Source: Candidatus Yonathbacteria bacterium
GTDB lineage: Bacteria > Patescibacteriota > Minisyncoccia > Phycocordibacterales > JACNGX01
Length of the DNA stretch: 64,000 bases
Assembly (NCBI GenBank): GCA_013334825.1
Contig: JAAXWR010000003.1
Coordinates: 37,167-101,166, forward strand
Direction of reading: 5' to 3'
The notes under the pieces were generated by a model. It was not told where the DNA came from, did not search any database, and was given only the letters and a program-made list of their open reading frames with translations. Shown piece by piece: positions 34,808 through 45,711 of the stretch (position 1 is its first letter; the number at the start of each line of letters is the position of its first letter). The translations under genes were made by a program, and so were the position numbers.

Positions 34808-36091
34808 TCAAAAATCAAGTTCAAGAATCCAAGGGGTCATATCGTTTTTATTCATGAAAATCAAACGATGTTCCTCGGTGTCGATTTCTGGGTTTATAAT
34901 ATCTAATGAAGGAAGTCCATAGTCGGACGGAGAAGCCAGAAAAAGTAATTCTCCTGTATTCTCATTCATATACCAAATATTATCTTCAAACGACACTGTC
35001 CCCTTGTACCATGCGTCAGGATATGAAGCAGAAGGGATATAGGAAGGAACTCCGCAATATATTCCAGTATCTGTATCATTCCACGAACATTTTTCGGGGA
35101 GTGTACTGAGAGGAAGTGATGTAATGCCGTCGTCTTTTAGGAGACTGAGTGTCAGTGATGACCTTGACCCTGATCCGATAAGTCCAAGGTTCTTTTTCGA
35201 TGACATATGAAGCGTCATACCAGGAATACCGCCAGCTAGTTTTGTAAGTGAGCTACCTGTGTTTGCATCAAGCGTATAGGCGTATCCAGGAACTCCCGCC
35301 GAAGGTTTTGTGGTGAGATAGACTGTGTCGCTTTTTGTCCATTCTGAAATCCATTCAGATAACGGTGACGAGAGAAGTTGTTTTGCTGATTCATCTGTAA
35401 ATGAGAAACGATCGTGGGAACTACCAGCGCTCTTGTCTGAAACAGTAAATATACGTGTTCCTTCGGGTGAAACAGAAAGAGAAGTTACATTTGTCTTGCT
35501 GAAGCGTTCTTTTAAGGAGCCGATACTTTCATCAATGTCTGTCCCTGTGACATCTTCCCCGCCGAGGATGATATCGAATGCTGTAGTAGTTACTGTTGAT
35601 CCGTTTTCAGCAATTGATCGAGAAATGACATGGGTGCCATCTTGTGAGAAGAATGATTCTTGGGTTTCCGCATATGTTGTGTTGGTGATTCGTGTTGCTT
35701 TATTGGATGCGACGGAAATATCGTATATGTTACCTGTGGAACGTTCCATGATGCGAACAAATAACTCACGTGTCTTATTTCCACTTTCATCCGTTGTTTC
35801 TTTTGAAAGAAGTTTCATACCAGAAATCGGGTATGGATACAATTGTCGAAGTGCAGGAAGAGTTCCAGGAGGGATAGTAGAGTTTTCTTCATTCGAAGTT
35901 GTTTCTTGTGTATCATCTAATCCAAAGAGATCACCCAGTATCCCCCCATCATCGCCAAAAAGAGATGAAAATGAAGATGGAAAGACACTTCCTGTAGTTG
36001 TACTTTTTGATACAACAAAAAATACAATGCCCAATATGAGTATAATAACGAGTACAAGAGCGGTGATGATAATGAGTGTTTGTTTTTTCAT
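34808..36091 (-). CDS. Membrane-anchored extracellular protein (beta-propeller-like)
   Basis: N-terminal TM; FSQDG, VSPEG repeats; LPEKCSW...IYCGVP. Confidence 0.7.
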   Translation of the reverse strand: MKKQTLIIITALVLVIILILGIVFFVVSKSTTTGSVFPSSFSSLFGDDGGILGDLFGLDDTQETTSNEENSTIPPGTLPALRQLYPYPISGMKLLSKETTDESGNKTRELFVRIMERSTGNIYDISVASNKATRITNTTYAETQESFFSQDGTHVISRSIAENGSTVTTTAFDIILGGEDVTGTDIDESIGSLKERFSKTNVTSLSVSPEGTRIFTVSDKSAGSSHDRFSFTDESAKQLLSSPLSEWISEWTKSDTVYLTTKPSAGVPGYAYTLDANTGSSLTKLAGGIPGMTLHMSSKKNLGLIGSGSRSSLTLSLLKDDGITSLPLSTLPEKCSWNDTDTGIYCGVPSYIPSASYPDAWYKGTVSFEDNIWYMNENTGELLFLASPSDYGLPSLDIINPEIDTEEHRLIFMNKNDMTPWILELDF

Positions 36092-36129
36092 GAAAGAAAA
36101 AAGTATACCAATAATTTAATGTGTGTACA

Positions 36130-37182
36130 TTATTTGAACCATGAAGAAGACTCTGTATTTCCAAATATCACGGAAAGTGATGTTTTGGCGTCTTGAAGAA
36201 GTTTTGATGGGTTTGTGGTCGCAAGTGACACTGTTGCTTTTCCTGATGTCCCTTCGGGAACACCAAATATAATCATATGGGGATTATTCCAATCAGAAGA
36301 TATGGATGACCCATTCATAGACCATGCAAACCCAAGATTGTGCGGGGTACCTGTTTTTGTCGAGAAATAATATGGTTCAGCAATCAAAGAGAGCTCGTTT
36401 GATAGTAGCGTGACTGTGTCGATAAGTGCTCTCCCATACCATGGACCTTGGAGGGGTCGTTGTTCATAGAAAAGTATCTCAGGGTCTGTTTGGGGGATAG
36501 AAACTGTTGCGCCGGCTCCGAGAGACCCGTCGCGTGAGGATATTTCTACACCAACACTTTCCGTAGATAGGAGAACATTTTTCATAAGAGAAAGAGTTTG
36601 CTTTCCGTATCCTGATTGTGAAGTAACGTCACGCTTAAACCCATTAAGTGTCCATGTATAGACAAGATTTTCTGGAGCAACAGTTTTTCCTGATGAACCA
36701 ACAATGTTGGGGATTGCAACAACATGCACCAAAGCGCTCGATGCAGGGAGTGCTTTACCTTTGTAGAGTGGTGGTGTATAAGAATCAGTTGCTTCCCAAA
36801 TCAAATCGACACCTCCGGGGACGAAACTTATCGTCTTTTGAATCGTCTCTCCGTTTGCAGAAATAACCGCACGGATAGAGGTCGTCTTCCCTGCTTGTCC
36901 CGCAGGTAGGGAGAGGCTGGTCATGCCAATACCCGACGCTCGTTGCGATCCGTTAACATACCAAAGAATAGATGCCCCAGGAAGGTCGACACTATAACTA
37001 CTTAAAGTGATGGACACTTGTTCACCAACTGATGGGTATGCGGGAGATACACGAATTGACACAAATGATTCGAGTGCATGTGTTGTGTGAGGAAAAAATG
37101 ATACACACAAAAAGACAATGGTCAAAAGTGTGTGTATGACGGTGTCACGCACCAATATAGTATGTGTGCGGAATGATAGCAT
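36130..37182 (-). CDS. Secreted protein with Ig-like beta-sandwich segments
   Basis: Signal peptide ending THA; repeated W..NG motifs; TGATATACT 7 nt before ATG. Confidence 0.7.
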   Translation of the reverse strand: MLSFRTHTILVRDTVIHTLLTIVFLCVSFFPHTTHALESFVSIRVSPAYPSVGEQVSITLSSYSVDLPGASILWYVNGSQRASGIGMTSLSLPAGQAGKTTSIRAVISANGETIQKTISFVPGGVDLIWEATDSYTPPLYKGKALPASSALVHVVAIPNIVGSSGKTVAPENLVYTWTLNGFKRDVTSQSGYGKQTLSLMKNVLLSTESVGVEISSRDGSLGAGATVSIPQTDPEILFYEQRPLQGPWYGRALIDTVTLLSNELSLIAEPYYFSTKTGTPHNLGFAWSMNGSSISSDWNNPHMIIFGVPEGTSGKATVSLATTNPSKLLQDAKTSLSVIFGNTESSSWFK

Positions 37183-37202
37183 GTAATCTAGTATATCACG
37201 TA

Positions 37203-39065
37203 TTATGTGATATTTGCGATACCTGCGATGTTTATACCTCCATGATTCTTCTCTTCTTCTGCCAATTCTTTCTTCGCCTCACGTATTTGAAGCACTTGAG
37301 AGGGGTCTGAAGTGATAATTTGTTCTTCGGTGTATGAGGCAAGGATTTTGATTGCGACGTGTTTTAAACCTGCAAAAAAGATGCCCTCCCCTACGTCTGA
37401 TTCAAGAAGGAGATACTTCTCCTCATCGGTGAGATTAAATGTCTTTTGAACCATATCGATAGACGTGGGAGACTGCTTCAAAAGCATTTGAATGGCAGAG
37501 TTGGTGATAATAGGAAGCCCGTACGGGGAACGAAGGAAATCTGAGACGTCTTGTGTGATGGTGGATACACCAAGAAAATACTTACGACCACGTTTTGTCA
37601 TGCCAAAAAGGAATGATGCGGTGTCTTCCGACTTCATCATCCACCAGGCCTCATCAATAACAAGGAGACGTTTTTTTAAATCTTTACGCACTGCATTCCA
37701 AATATAATGGGTAACGATATGCATTGCTACCGTTTTTAGTTCGTCTTCCATGTCACGAACAGAAAAAACGATAAACTTTTTGTTGATGTTTACATTCGTA
37801 GGACGGTTGATGAATTCAGACCATGTGCCACGTGTGAATTTTGAAAGACGGTTTACCAGTGATTCACTCCCCTCCATTCCCGAAAGGACCATTTCAAAGT
37901 CAGATAAAAGTGGTGGAACTGCTCGAGATAAGTCCGACTCAGCCGTAATATCCTTGAGAGCGTATGTTTCAGTGATAGCGCGATCAATAAGCGAGTCTTC
38001 TTCGGGAGAGAGTCCGCTTAACATAATGCGAAAAAGTCCAACCAATGCAATGGTGTTTGTACGAAGAACATCCGCAGTTGTCTCCCCTTCCGCGGGAAGA
38101 GGAAGGTCAAAAGGGTTGATATGATGAGGAGATGTGAGAGAAATGTTGAAATAACGTCCTCCTGCTGCCTCGGCCATAAATTCGTATTCGCGTTCTGGGT
38201 CGATGACGATAACGTCTGTATCAAACATGAGTGTGCGAAGAATTTCAAGTTTTGTTGCAAATGATTTTCCTGCTCCTGACGTCGCAAACGTGACCGAATT
38301 ATAATTTTCCATTGAGAAACGGTCGAACAATACTAAACTGTAATTATGTCGATTGATACCATATAAAATACCGCGATCAGAAGTGAGATTGAACGAAATA
38401 AAGGGAAATACACTCGACAGAGGTGATGAGTTGAGTTTTGAATGAACACCAAGAAGGTCTGTGGAAGCAGGGATGACACTTTTGAAGCCTTCTTCTTGGC
38501 GGAAGAGGGCAGGTTTGAGATAGATGAGTTTTGACTCGAGCATTGATTTTATCTCCGACTCAACTCGATCAAGTTCTTCCATTGTATTCCCGTAAATAGT
38601 GATATAAAGCCCCACATCAAAAAGGCGCTCCTGTGCTTGTTGAAGCTGGTCACGGAGCACTTCTAGGTTTGAATATGCCGCAGCAAGTTTAGGGTCTCGA
38701 ACCATTCCTTTCTCTTCACGCATAGAAATTTGACTTTCTACTTCGGCGACCTTTTTTTGGAACTTCCTTAAAATATCGGCAGTATCAACGGGGTGAATGT
38801 AAATCGATACATCAAATACAGCATCAAGGTTGATGATGGGAGAAAACCAACTATCTGCTAAGTAGCGTGGATAAGAAATAACAAAAAACGTGCGCGCAAT
38901 GCGATCACCCAAGTTGAGTTCGCGAGGAGTGATTTTGAGTGCAGAGGGCGCAATAACATCTTTAAGTTCAAGGACGGCGGATGCATAAATTTCCTCCGGG
39001 AGAATAGGAGTAATTTCTGGAAGGGGGTCTTGTTTTTTGAGGCCAAGTGTTTCAAGAATCGACAT
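37203..39065 (-). CDS. VirB4/TraE-like secretion ATPase
   Basis: ATSGAGKS Walker A, VIDPEREY, INPFD, LVIDEAW, RGRKY, TITQ. Confidence 0.9.
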   Translation of the reverse strand: MSILETLGLKKQDPLPEITPILPEEIYASAVLELKDVIAPSALKITPRELNLGDRIARTFFVISYPRYLADSWFSPIINLDAVFDVSIYIHPVDTADILRKFQKKVAEVESQISMREEKGMVRDPKLAAAYSNLEVLRDQLQQAQERLFDVGLYITIYGNTMEELDRVESEIKSMLESKLIYLKPALFRQEEGFKSVIPASTDLLGVHSKLNSSPLSSVFPFISFNLTSDRGILYGINRHNYSLVLFDRFSMENYNSVTFATSGAGKSFATKLEILRTLMFDTDVIVIDPEREYEFMAEAAGGRYFNISLTSPHHINPFDLPLPAEGETTADVLRTNTIALVGLFRIMLSGLSPEEDSLIDRAITETYALKDITAESDLSRAVPPLLSDFEMVLSGMEGSESLVNRLSKFTRGTWSEFINRPTNVNINKKFIVFSVRDMEDELKTVAMHIVTHYIWNAVRKDLKKRLLVIDEAWWMMKSEDTASFLFGMTKRGRKYFLGVSTITQDVSDFLRSPYGLPIITNSAIQMLLKQSPTSIDMVQKTFNLTDEEKYLLLESDVGEGIFFAGLKHVAIKILASYTEEQIITSDPSQVLQIREAKKELAEEEKNHGGINIAGIANIT

Positions 39066-39092
39066 AGTATGTATAGTGTATCACAAAGAGGA

Positions 39093-39722
39093 TTAAACCT
39101 TGATAGGTTTATCTTGTTCACCGGGGTTAAACATGCGGTAAAAGAGTTCCACAAGCTCTTCGGTGCCGAGAGGTGTTGTGCGAACGCCTGCACGCACAAG
39201 CCCTTGTTGTACGATGTACATACGCTGCTCGAGCTGAGAACGATTTACAGAAAAAGCATCCCCATCCTTTGTTGTTGTCGCTGAAGATGTTTTCCCAAAT
39301 AAAGAAGAAAAAGGGCCTGTTTTTGTCTCAATAATAGAAGGTGTATAAGGGACAACAATAAAGAAATTTTTTGTCATGATATTTGTTTGTTCAGTAAATG
39401 TTTTGATGAATTGTATATATTCGCGAATTTGTATTTTTGCGAGATCGTTTGTCTGCTCACGCTCTCGACTTTCAAGAAGCGCAATGTAGGGGCGAACATC
39501 ATAGCGACGGGATTGAGTGTATATTTGAAGAGAAAAATCTAATGAATTGAGAAAGTTTTGGAATTGGACCAAGACAGACTGTTGTTCATCGGGTGATTTG
39601 AGCGACATATTGATAGATGACGCCATAAGAACCATTTTGAGAGAACCGTCTTCCATCACGGCAATGCCGTCACGGATTTCTTTGATAGGAACGAATTGTT
39701 GTGAGGGTTGGGGTTTAGGCAT
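39093..39722 (-). CDS. VirB4-associated protein (N-terminal-domain-like)
   Basis: INMSLKSPDEQ...FQNFLNSLDFSLQI, FFIVVPY; lies between the PrgI-like and VirB4-like genes. Confidence 0.7.
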   Translation of the reverse strand: MPKPQPSQQFVPIKEIRDGIAVMEDGSLKMVLMASSINMSLKSPDEQQSVLVQFQNFLNSLDFSLQIYTQSRRYDVRPYIALLESREREQTNDLAKIQIREYIQFIKTFTEQTNIMTKNFFIVVPYTPSIIETKTGPFSSLFGKTSSATTTKDGDAFSVNRSQLEQRMYIVQQGLVRAGVRTTPLGTEELVELFYRMFNPGEQDKPIKV

Positions 39723-39740
39723 AAGGGTTGTTAGGTAGGA

Positions 39741-40157
39741 TCAACGAATGTTTTTTTGTATATCGAGACTCCATGCCATGTCTTTGAGTTTACTTTGAGA
39801 CAGTGTGGGAACATGAACAGTGGGGAGTGAAGCACTGGATGTGGGGACGATTTCCTTTTTTGGTGTTGTTGGTTTCTTCCACTCTTGCTTCCAAATGTAG
39901 AGCTTGCTACCGAGCGCGTAGTTGAATGCGGCTTCTAACACTTCAATAAAAGGACGGTCATTGATACGGAGAAAGGCAAGAGCAACAGAGAGTCCTCCAA
40001 GAGGAAGAATGAGAAGTGCGGCAAAGAAAAACGGTAATGAACGATAGAGAACAAAAGAAATTCCTGCTCCCCCAGCGAGATAGAGGAATTGTTTAAACGT
40101 GAGAGGTCCAAAGATTTTGTCTTCGACCTCAATAAATTGGGGAGTTTGAAATTGCAT
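39741..40157 (-). CDS. PrgI family (VirB3-like) membrane protein
   Basis: QFIEVEDKIFGPLTFKQF, two TMs, NDRPF. Confidence 0.85.
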   Translation of the reverse strand: MQFQTPQFIEVEDKIFGPLTFKQFLYLAGGAGISFVLYRSLPFFFAALLILPLGGLSVALAFLRINDRPFIEVLEAAFNYALGSKLYIWKQEWKKPTTPKKEIVPTSSASLPTVHVPTLSQSKLKDMAWSLDIQKNIR

Positions 40158-40175
40158 GAGAGTCTTATGCGTTTA

Positions 40176-40937
40176 CTACGAGGTGAACGATTCACGATAC
40201 GGGTCATTTGTTGGCTTAGGAGGAAAGACAGGGCGCTCTTTTTCTGTTTGTTGTGTGGGAGGAATACTTACCGTGTGAGAAAGTTTTTGTTCCAAGATAG
40301 ACGGAAGTGTGGTGGGAGTAATGGCGACGTCTGTTTCTGGAGGGATCATAGGGAGATCAGAAGTGGTATCTTCCCCGGGTTTCAAAACAGAAGGAGGAAG
40401 GGAAACCCCTTCTTCTGATGTGGCAGAAGGTGTCTCGTGTATAACATGAACGGGTACGGGATCTTCATTTTTTATGGGAGACGCCGACGTGGACATGATT
40501 TGTTGTGTTTTACTCGGTTGTTCAATCTCTTTCAAAAGTTCTTCTCGTGAAGGCATGTTTATTTCTTCATCATCTGCTTGTTCTTTAGTGTAACGAGACT
40601 CAGACTCAGTATGGTGTATTTGTTCGAGTGACGTACGAACAGGGTTAAATATCTCACGATTGATATCCTCAATAATAAGACGTGCGTGTTCCTCTGTAAT
40701 ACCAAGTGTATCCATGAGTGTTTGCGCGTAGCCCGCACGTGGTTCAAGCCCGAGCATCACAAGTGTTGTGCGGATGCTGAGTTCCCCTATTTGATCGAGA
40801 TGAAGACTATTACGCTGTCCGATACGTTCAAGAGCATGCCCAATATCGGCAGATGCAAGGACTGCCTTAATGTCGTTGGGCATCGCTTCGAAGCGTGCCG
40901 AGAGTTCTTCTTCAGTGTATGTACGTTTTGGTATCAT
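40176..40937 (-). CDS. Hypothetical protein with Pro-rich tail ending DPYRE
   Basis: 253-aa ORF co-oriented within the secretion cluster. Confidence 0.7.
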   Translation of the reverse strand: MIPKRTYTEEELSARFEAMPNDIKAVLASADIGHALERIGQRNSLHLDQIGELSIRTTLVMLGLEPRAGYAQTLMDTLGITEEHARLIIEDINREIFNPVRTSLEQIHHTESESRYTKEQADDEEINMPSREELLKEIEQPSKTQQIMSTSASPIKNEDPVPVHVIHETPSATSEEGVSLPPSVLKPGEDTTSDLPMIPPETDVAITPTTLPSILEQKLSHTVSIPPTQQTEKERPVFPPKPTNDPYRESFTS

Positions 40938-40975
40938 GATAGTGTTAAAGTGTGAATGTGAGGGTGTCTATGTAA

Positions 40976-43315
40976 TTATTTTTTTGTTCCTCCATCTCCA
41001 CTAGAGGGTTGAGGTGTGTTATCTGAACGATTTTTTTGCCCGTGAAGCCTATCTCCTAAAGAGCGTAGTTCTTTAGAAATTTGTTTTTGGGAAAGATATT
41101 CTTGAAGTTCTTTGTTTGTTGTGTTGAATTGAATTTGACGAAGATTATTGTTCGGCTCTTTTTTCAATTGTTCTCCTACTATCTTAATTTGGGCATTCAA
41201 TTCGTTAATATGTTCGTCGAGATGTTTTTCATACCCTGCCAAAGCCTCAATACGCTTTTCTGTTTCTTTTTGTGTTTCCAGTTTTCCAGTTACGAGAGGG
41301 TCTTCAACAGAGATGCCCGTATGTTCTTTCATTTTTGTGTAGAATTCTCCACTCTTGTTTTTGTAGGTAACTTCATTTTCTCTTTGACGAATATCTTTTT
41401 TAGTGTCTTCGATTATTTTCTTTTCGGATTTTTCAATTTGTTCCATTGCTTTTTGAGCGGCTCTTGCTCTTCCAGTATTAGTGGCAGATCCTCCGAATCC
41501 TTTTGCTATAGTATCACGAGTTTCGGATGCAATTTGTTTTTCATAAGAAGCAAGATTCTTCGCAGCATCTTCTTTTGAGAGGGTTACTCCTGCTGGTGCA
41601 GGATTGCCAGAAGCGATGCGTTTCAATGTATCATGATACATTGAGCCGGCTTGAATTGCGTTATTGACATACCAAGAGCCAGTTTTTTTGTCTTGTTGTT
41701 CAACAAAACGTTCGAGTGCAGCTTTTGCCGCAGCAGCTTTTGCGGGGTCCTTGTCATCGACCTTACCTAGTTTAGTAGTAAGAGAATTGAAATATTTTTC
41801 TTTTCGGTCTACCTTTCCTCCAAATCCACCTTCACCTTGTTTGACGCCCCATGCTGCCAAGCCTTTATTCATGCCTGCTTTTCCACCTGCTTTTGTGCGA
41901 CGGATATCGAAACTTGATCCCTGTGCTCCTTCCAGTCCACGGAGAGCCATACGCTGTACTACGTTACCAGATGCAAGCCGTTGGCTTCTTGTCATACCAT
42001 CAGTCCCTACAGTATTGAGTGAGCGCATGGCGCCTCCGCCAACAATGTTTCTCAATGCTGCGCCACCAATTCCTCCCAGAGCGAGTCCACCTGCTATACC
42101 AGCCGCACCTGCGAGTTTCTTGCCAATATCAAGTGAGATACCACCAATGGAGTCGCATTGTTTCTTGGTGAGGTTTTTACCATATTGAAGAATGGTGAGA
42201 ATGACGCCAAATTTGAGCGCGAGGACGACGATGAATTCCATGAAGTTGAGTCCTTCTCCCCCAGCGCTAAGGAAAAGATCTCCAGAGTTCGCAGGATTGG
42301 CAAACAGTATAGCAAGCCAGACAAAGAACATAAAAATCGTAATACAAAATGATTTTCCGATCAATTCCTTCCAAAGAGTTTTTGCATGTGTCTGGAGTGG
42401 GCCAGGGAGAAATGATCCCGCGACCATAATAGGAGACATTGCCATGATAATCCAAAGAATTGCAATACGAGAGAGAAAGAGAAATGCAGTTGTGAAAAAT
42501 ATCCATGCGGCAAAAAGAAGCATAGCAGTGGAGGCGACATAAAGAAAGATGAGTTTCCATGCATTGGTATCTGTATCTGCGTCCAGTCTAGTATCTTTAA
42601 GTATTTTTTGTGGCTCCATGACGCTGACTATCGCAGATGAGACTCCTTTTATCTCCGTGCTTGTATTTGCAAGCTTTGTTGCTGTGCGAACATCTTCAGA
42701 AAGGTTCTCTTGATCGTTGACCTTTATTGCGTCATAGAAAAAGAGTGCGGTGATATTCCCCGCATCAATAATGGCGCGTGAAATAAATAAACTGAAGTTG
42801 ATAAGAAGCGCCGCGATGATGATTTTGTGAAGGGTGCTTTTTGCAGTATGTTTGCCAATGTCAAGAATGGTCGCAATTGCCACATATATCAAAATAAAGA
42901 TAAAAAGGATATTCGTAAGGTCGCGTATACCAACCCATGCAAGACGTACAAAATCGGCGTCCATAATGTTCTTATCAAGTCCAAACGCCATTAAAATATC
43001 AAAAATCATTCCCGTAGCGGTGAGCACATATCCAGAGACTGTCATAATTGCAAATGCTCCTGCTCCTATACAACCAGGAACGAGGTGCCACATATCGCAT
43101 GTAAATGGGGTGGCATTATTTTGTTGTGCTTGTATTGATTCTTCAGCAGCACTCTCTTCTGTACCACTTGGCGTAACTGCGTGTGGATTTACTGTTCCTG
43201 CTGCATATACATCAGTAGGATATAGGTTGAATAAAGATATTACAGTAAACAAAAAAGCCACAACGAAAACAGGTAACCTCTTGGAGAAAGAAGATGCTGT
43301 AAAACAATAAGACAC
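40976..43315 (-). CDS. VirB6/TrbL-like polytopic membrane protein
   Basis: W..IRDLTNILFIFILIY, IIAALLINFSLF, multiple TMs, Gly/Ala-rich then coiled-coil tail; GTG start 6 nt after TGTTATACT. Confidence 0.75.
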   Translation of the reverse strand: MSYCFTASSFSKRLPVFVVAFLFTVISLFNLYPTDVYAAGTVNPHAVTPSGTEESAAEESIQAQQNNATPFTCDMWHLVPGCIGAGAFAIMTVSGYVLTATGMIFDILMAFGLDKNIMDADFVRLAWVGIRDLTNILFIFILIYVAIATILDIGKHTAKSTLHKIIIAALLINFSLFISRAIIDAGNITALFFYDAIKVNDQENLSEDVRTATKLANTSTEIKGVSSAIVSVMEPQKILKDTRLDADTDTNAWKLIFLYVASTAMLLFAAWIFFTTAFLFLSRIAILWIIMAMSPIMVAGSFLPGPLQTHAKTLWKELIGKSFCITIFMFFVWLAILFANPANSGDLFLSAGGEGLNFMEFIVVLALKFGVILTILQYGKNLTKKQCDSIGGISLDIGKKLAGAAGIAGGLALGGIGGAALRNIVGGGAMRSLNTVGTDGMTRSQRLASGNVVQRMALRGLEGAQGSSFDIRRTKAGGKAGMNKGLAAWGVKQGEGGFGGKVDRKEKYFNSLTTKLGKVDDKDPAKAAAAKAALERFVEQQDKKTGSWYVNNAIQAGSMYHDTLKRIASGNPAPAGVTLSKEDAAKNLASYEKQIASETRDTIAKGFGGSATNTGRARAAQKAMEQIEKSEKKIIEDTKKDIRQRENEVTYKNKSGEFYTKMKEHTGISVEDPLVTGKLETQKETEKRIEALAGYEKHLDEHINELNAQIKIVGEQLKKEPNNNLRQIQFNTTNKELQEYLSQKQISKELRSLGDRLHGQKNRSDNTPQPSSGDGGTKK

Positions 43316-43440
43316 GAATATAGTATAACAAATTATATACCAAAAAAAAACAAGAATAATGTGTAGAGCTTGGTAGAAAAATCGCGAGTATTTTTAGAGC
43401 GCATATCAAAAAGCAAAAACCGCGGGTTTCCCCGCGGTTG

Positions 43441-43890
43441 TTAGTAATATTTTTCCCGCAACTCCCCTCTCATAAAGTATCCGTGGACTACCACGGCATA
43501 CCTTACGTTTGCATAGGAAAAATGTTCGTCCGCCGCCACTGCGCGGACAATCTTTTCTGCAGACTCTTCTTCCTCAGGGGTACTTACGTACCCAATTTTT
43601 TTGAGGTGATCCATCGCGTAGGCGACATCTTCCTCGTAGAGGAAGATGTCCCTACTTGCGTAGGAGAAAATAGAACGTATGCGCTCTATTTCTTTTGAAA
43701 GTATCTCCTGCTCCTCAAAAGGGAGCTGGAGAAGCCTCTTTTTTGCAGCGGAAAATTCTTCCGGGGTTGTTTCCCCCGAAATCTTTACTGCTCTCTCAAT
43801 ATAGTCCGGGGCACTCGCCTCCGGAACTAATACACTTTTCCCGCATCCTACAAGAAGAGCGAGGAAGAAAAAATAAATGAGTTTTTTCAT
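43441..43890 (-). CDS. Hypothetical lipoprotein (stand-alone cassette)
   Basis: Lipobox LVGC; TTGACA-17-TATCAT promoter (~43994-43966), SD AAAGGA, terminator 43416-43440. Confidence 0.75.
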   Translation of the reverse strand: MKKLIYFFFLALLVGCGKSVLVPEASAPDYIERAVKISGETTPEEFSAAKKRLLQLPFEEQEILSKEIERIRSIFSYASRDIFLYEEDVAYAMDHLKKIGYVSTPEEEESAEKIVRAVAADEHFSYANVRYAVVVHGYFMRGELREKYY

Positions 43891-44147
43891 CTTTATTCCT
43901 TTCCGTCTTAGAGACGGACATTTATTAAAAAGTTTATTTAATTGTAGGGGTAACTGCTACCCTATATGATAACCGATATATATTTTTTTGTCAATACCCT
44001 CTCCTGTGTAGAACTGTATATCTGATAAAAGAACCTAATCCTTGCACTCTATGCACGGACTAGGTTCTTTTTGACGTTTTTAGGAATTATCGGGAGACAC
44101 CTCCCCAAAATGAAGAGGAGGGATAAGTTTGAAGAATCCCCTTGTGA

Positions 44148-45692
44148 TTAAAGTGTGCCTCCTTGCAAACGTGCCATAAGGGCATCTACTGCAGCAGCAA
44201 TCTCTGTAACACGGTTGGAGTCCTTTGTTATTGCTGTTTCGGTGTCAAACACTTTTGTGCGTGTGTATACGTCAATTGGTTCAACTGTGGTGTTATAGCT
44301 CTTATAAATGGCAATAACCTCTTTGAGTGTATTTGCTTGTTCCGCACGTTCAAGCATTGTTTCCAAAGAAGAGACATAATTGTTGGGTGCATTTACTGCC
44401 TGTATGAGTGTAGTATATCCCGACATCCTATTCCCTAGGGTGACGAGCTCAGAACGATACGAGAGAAGGAGTTCACGATTGGCAAGTATTTCGTCTTGGA
44501 GTATACCAAAGTTTCCTTGGGACAAAAGCGTATCGATATCTGTAATCGTTTCTGTTATGCGTGAAGATGATACGGTAACATTGTTTTCAATTGTATCGAG
44601 ATGTGTCGCGTCCGTGATTTCCTCTTCGAGAATATCAATAAGTCGATCGTCGGTTGAAATCGTTTCCGAAACACTTCCTGATGACGAATCAGTGGTACCA
44701 TCGGAGCTTCCTGTAATTGCAGTAATTCCCTGTGTGAGAAGGCTACTCACGAGATTATTGATGAGAGTAGCAAGCATTTCTTCGATTTCATCAGCATTTT
44801 CAAGACTACGAAGCGGGCTCCCCAATGCTTCTGAGAGAGTGTTCGCAATAAATTGTCCGGGTGTAACACGTTCCCACTTAATACAAGTTGCTCCTGTTCC
44901 CGCTGCTGCATTGCCACTATAGTCAAATGAATCGATACTGACAGAGTCTTGTGTCTTGGTGGCAATATCGTAGGTGCCTGCGTATTCAAGACATTTTCCC
45001 GGAAGTGAGAGAAGCCCACCACTTTGATCAAGTTCATCTTTGACGTTCGATACTGCAGTATTTACACGAGTGGAATGCTCTTCGGCAGCCATGTATGATT
45101 GTCCGTAGATATTGTTCTGAGGTTCAAGGAGCGCCATAAATCCAGTCCATCCTCCCTGTTTAAAATCTTCCATGAATGCTTCTGGATTGACAAGAACGTC
45201 TCCAATCGTGCTTCGCGCACGTTCAGAGTAGGGGGTGTATGACTGTGCAAGTTGCTTAAGAAGTTGGCGTTTGATAGGTTCATAAATGTCGGCCTCAGAG
45301 ACTTCACCCATAAAAGCGGTCGTTGCATCACGAGAAAGTTTTGCAAAAAATGCATCAGGGTCGGTCACAATGAGAGGGTCTCCAAAGAATCCTTGATTAA
45401 CAAAGTTTTGCAGATCCATGATAATGTCACCAACGAGCATCTTGGCAATTGTCCAAGCGATAGAGTCGAGTCCCATTTCTTTGGGAAGAATAGTGAGATC
45501 GCGAGTGATATCTCGTGTGACAATGACAGGGTCTCCTACACCGCCTCCGAGAAGCCCTGCGATATTTCCTAATCCAAAGAGAGCGTGTGCTTTTCGTGGT
45601 GCACCGAGTATACCAATAGAAATGGTGGCGAGAAGAAGAAATGCAAGGATTGTTTTTTGTCCTGTTGATGTGTGCGAATGGTGTGAAGTCAT
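44148..45692 (-). CDS. Exported helical protein associated with the secretion cluster
   Basis: Signal peptide ending KAHA; GGWTGF...PQNN, paired Cys, VTPG; helical C-terminus. Confidence 0.7.
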   Translation of the reverse strand: MTSHHSHTSTGQKTILAFLLLATISIGILGAPRKAHALFGLGNIAGLLGGGVGDPVIVTRDITRDLTILPKEMGLDSIAWTIAKMLVGDIIMDLQNFVNQGFFGDPLIVTDPDAFFAKLSRDATTAFMGEVSEADIYEPIKRQLLKQLAQSYTPYSERARSTIGDVLVNPEAFMEDFKQGGWTGFMALLEPQNNIYGQSYMAAEEHSTRVNTAVSNVKDELDQSGGLLSLPGKCLEYAGTYDIATKTQDSVSIDSFDYSGNAAAGTGATCIKWERVTPGQFIANTLSEALGSPLRSLENADEIEEMLATLINNLVSSLLTQGITAITGSSDGTTDSSSGSVSETISTDDRLIDILEEEITDATHLDTIENNVTVSSSRITETITDIDTLLSQGNFGILQDEILANRELLLSYRSELVTLGNRMSGYTTLIQAVNAPNNYVSSLETMLERAEQANTLKEVIAIYKSYNTTVEPIDVYTRTKVFDTETAITKDSNRVTEIAAAVDALMARLQGGTL

Positions 45693-45711
45693 AGAAATAT
45701 GTATACGCGGG

